From the IMG/VR virus record IMGVR_UViG_3300042691_038938: a stretch of 64,000 nt of DNA, one strand, 5' to 3'. The notes under the pieces were generated by a model. It saw nothing but the letters and a program-made list of their open reading frames with translations. It was not told the DNA's origin and made no database searches. This DNA comes from a virus. Taxonomy: Duplodnaviria; Caudoviricetes. The position numbers and the translations under genes were made by a program. Positions 63,114 to 64,000 of the stretch are shown here, piece by piece; the stretch's first letter is position 1, and each line of letters begins with the position of its first letter.

Positions 63114-64000
63114 ATGGCAGGATTTTTAGACACAAATGGAAGAAGAGCAGGAAGCGCACTAGCCGGACTCAGTAAGTTCGGAACTCGACATGAGGATCTT
63201 CTTCTTAGAAACTCACAGGCAATAGGATTCATTGAGAGTCAGCTCCAGGCCAGATCAAACAAGATGAGTGCAAACGACGAACTCTTAAAGTTTTCAATGG
63301 CTATTTCTGATACGACATCTCAGCTTCGAACCAAGGCGATCGCCTTCTTTCAACTGGATTATGTTGTGAAGAGGGAACGACTTAGAGACGTCGCAGCAAA
63401 CGGCGAGATCGAATTCATTCTTGAGACTATTGTGGATGACATGATCGTGTACGATGATGAGGGCCGATTCATATATCCTAAGGACTTGACAGGCAAGATG
63501 CTTTATCGAGGAAACACTAAGGAAGAACGTTTAAACTTTCAGGAAGGAGTACTTAATAAGTATAGAGACAATTTTGAGAAGATCTCAACTGCTTGGGGAT
63601 TTAGTGAAGGAATATCTGCATGGCAGTATGCCTTTCAATTCCTAGTCGAAGGACACCTTTCTTTTGAGATCATCTACGACGATTTAGACAAACCTAAAGA
63701 AGTCATAGGATTCAAAGAATTGGATCCTGCCAGCATTGCTCCACAGTTACAGAAGGATACTAATGGTAAAGTATTTCTTCAGTGGTTACAATACGACCCA
63801 GCTTCAGGTTCTACTCGAGTCCTAAACGATTCACAGGTGATCTATATCTCTTATGCAAACCACTTTAGGACCAAGAGAGTCTCCTTTGTTGAGCGACTGA
63901 TCAGATCATTCAATCTATTAAGAATCATCGAGCACAGTAAAGTTATTTGGCACGTGATGAATGCGCCGATTCGCTTGACAACATCAGTTCCTATCGGAAG
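63114..64000 (+). CDS. portal protein (gp20-like), 3' truncated by window; not in ORF track
   Basis: Open frame MAGFLDTNGRR... to the window end with EIEFILETIVDD, FLVEGHL, ELDP, YISY, RSFNLLRIIEHSKVIWHVMNAPIR (compare gp20 LRMIEDA.VIYR..RAPERR). Confidence 0.85.
   Translation, partial: MAGFLDTNGRRAGSALAGLSKFGTRHEDLLLRNSQAIGFIESQLQARSNKMSANDELLKFSMAISDTTSQLRTKAIAFFQLDYVVKRERLRDVAANGEIEFILETIVDDMIVYDDEGRFIYPKDLTGKMLYRGNTKEERLNFQEGVLNKYRDNFEKISTAWGFSEGISAWQYAFQFLVEGHLSFEIIYDDLDKPKEVIGFKELDPASIAPQLQKDTNGKVFLQWLQYDPASGSTRVLNDSQVIYISYANHFRTKRVSFVERLIRSFNLLRIIEHSKVIWHVMNAPIRLTTSVPIG

Noticed and set aside
1-64000. Alternative genetic code (TAG or TGA reassignment), as in some large phages
   Set aside because: Core genes are full length under the standard code, and TAA, TAG and TGA all end genes at sensible, tightly packed positions.
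1-64000. CRISPR array, tRNA or rRNA genes
   Set aside because: No regularly spaced direct repeats, and no gap with a recognisable cloverleaf or T-loop; intergenic gaps are explained by promoters and terminators apart from 23106-23300.
1-64000. Transposases, integrase or prophage attachment sites
   Set aside because: None recognised; the TnsA-like fold at 61982 is the standard gp4 head-completion nuclease.

Overview
The window is a gene-dense segment of a large T4-like (myovirus) phage genome read with the standard code. The host is probably Bacteroidota, inferred from A-rich leaders without Shine-Dalgarno sites and signal peptides followed by Gln. Replication, recombination and repair genes: UvsX (partial), gp41 helicase, gp47/gp46, DinG-like helicase, topoisomerase II gp39+60 and gp52, UvsY/UvsW, PhoH, primase, and the C-terminal half of a split family-B polymerase. 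Virion genes: tail tube, major capsid, prohead protease-scaffold fusion, baseplate block, gp4, gp2-like and portal (partial). Most notable: (1) an ~11 kb, 14-gene glycan cluster between capsid and baseplate genes, with a NeuB/NeuA/HAD nonulosonate set, two Maf/DUF115-like proteins, glycosyltransferases and tailoring enzymes; (2) a thymidylate-synthase homologue with the Asp signature of dCMP-modifying enzymes; (3) a family of late proteins with T4 capsid-targeting-like leaders, one carrying an OmpA-like domain, partly arranged in an alternating cassette with secreted proteins; (4) a NEIL1-like glycosylase; (5) a candidate ~195-nt structured ncRNA with UCAA repeats; (6) a ligase-nucleotidyltransferase fusion near a kinase/HAD pair. 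All family calls come from motif recognition by eye; no searches were run.
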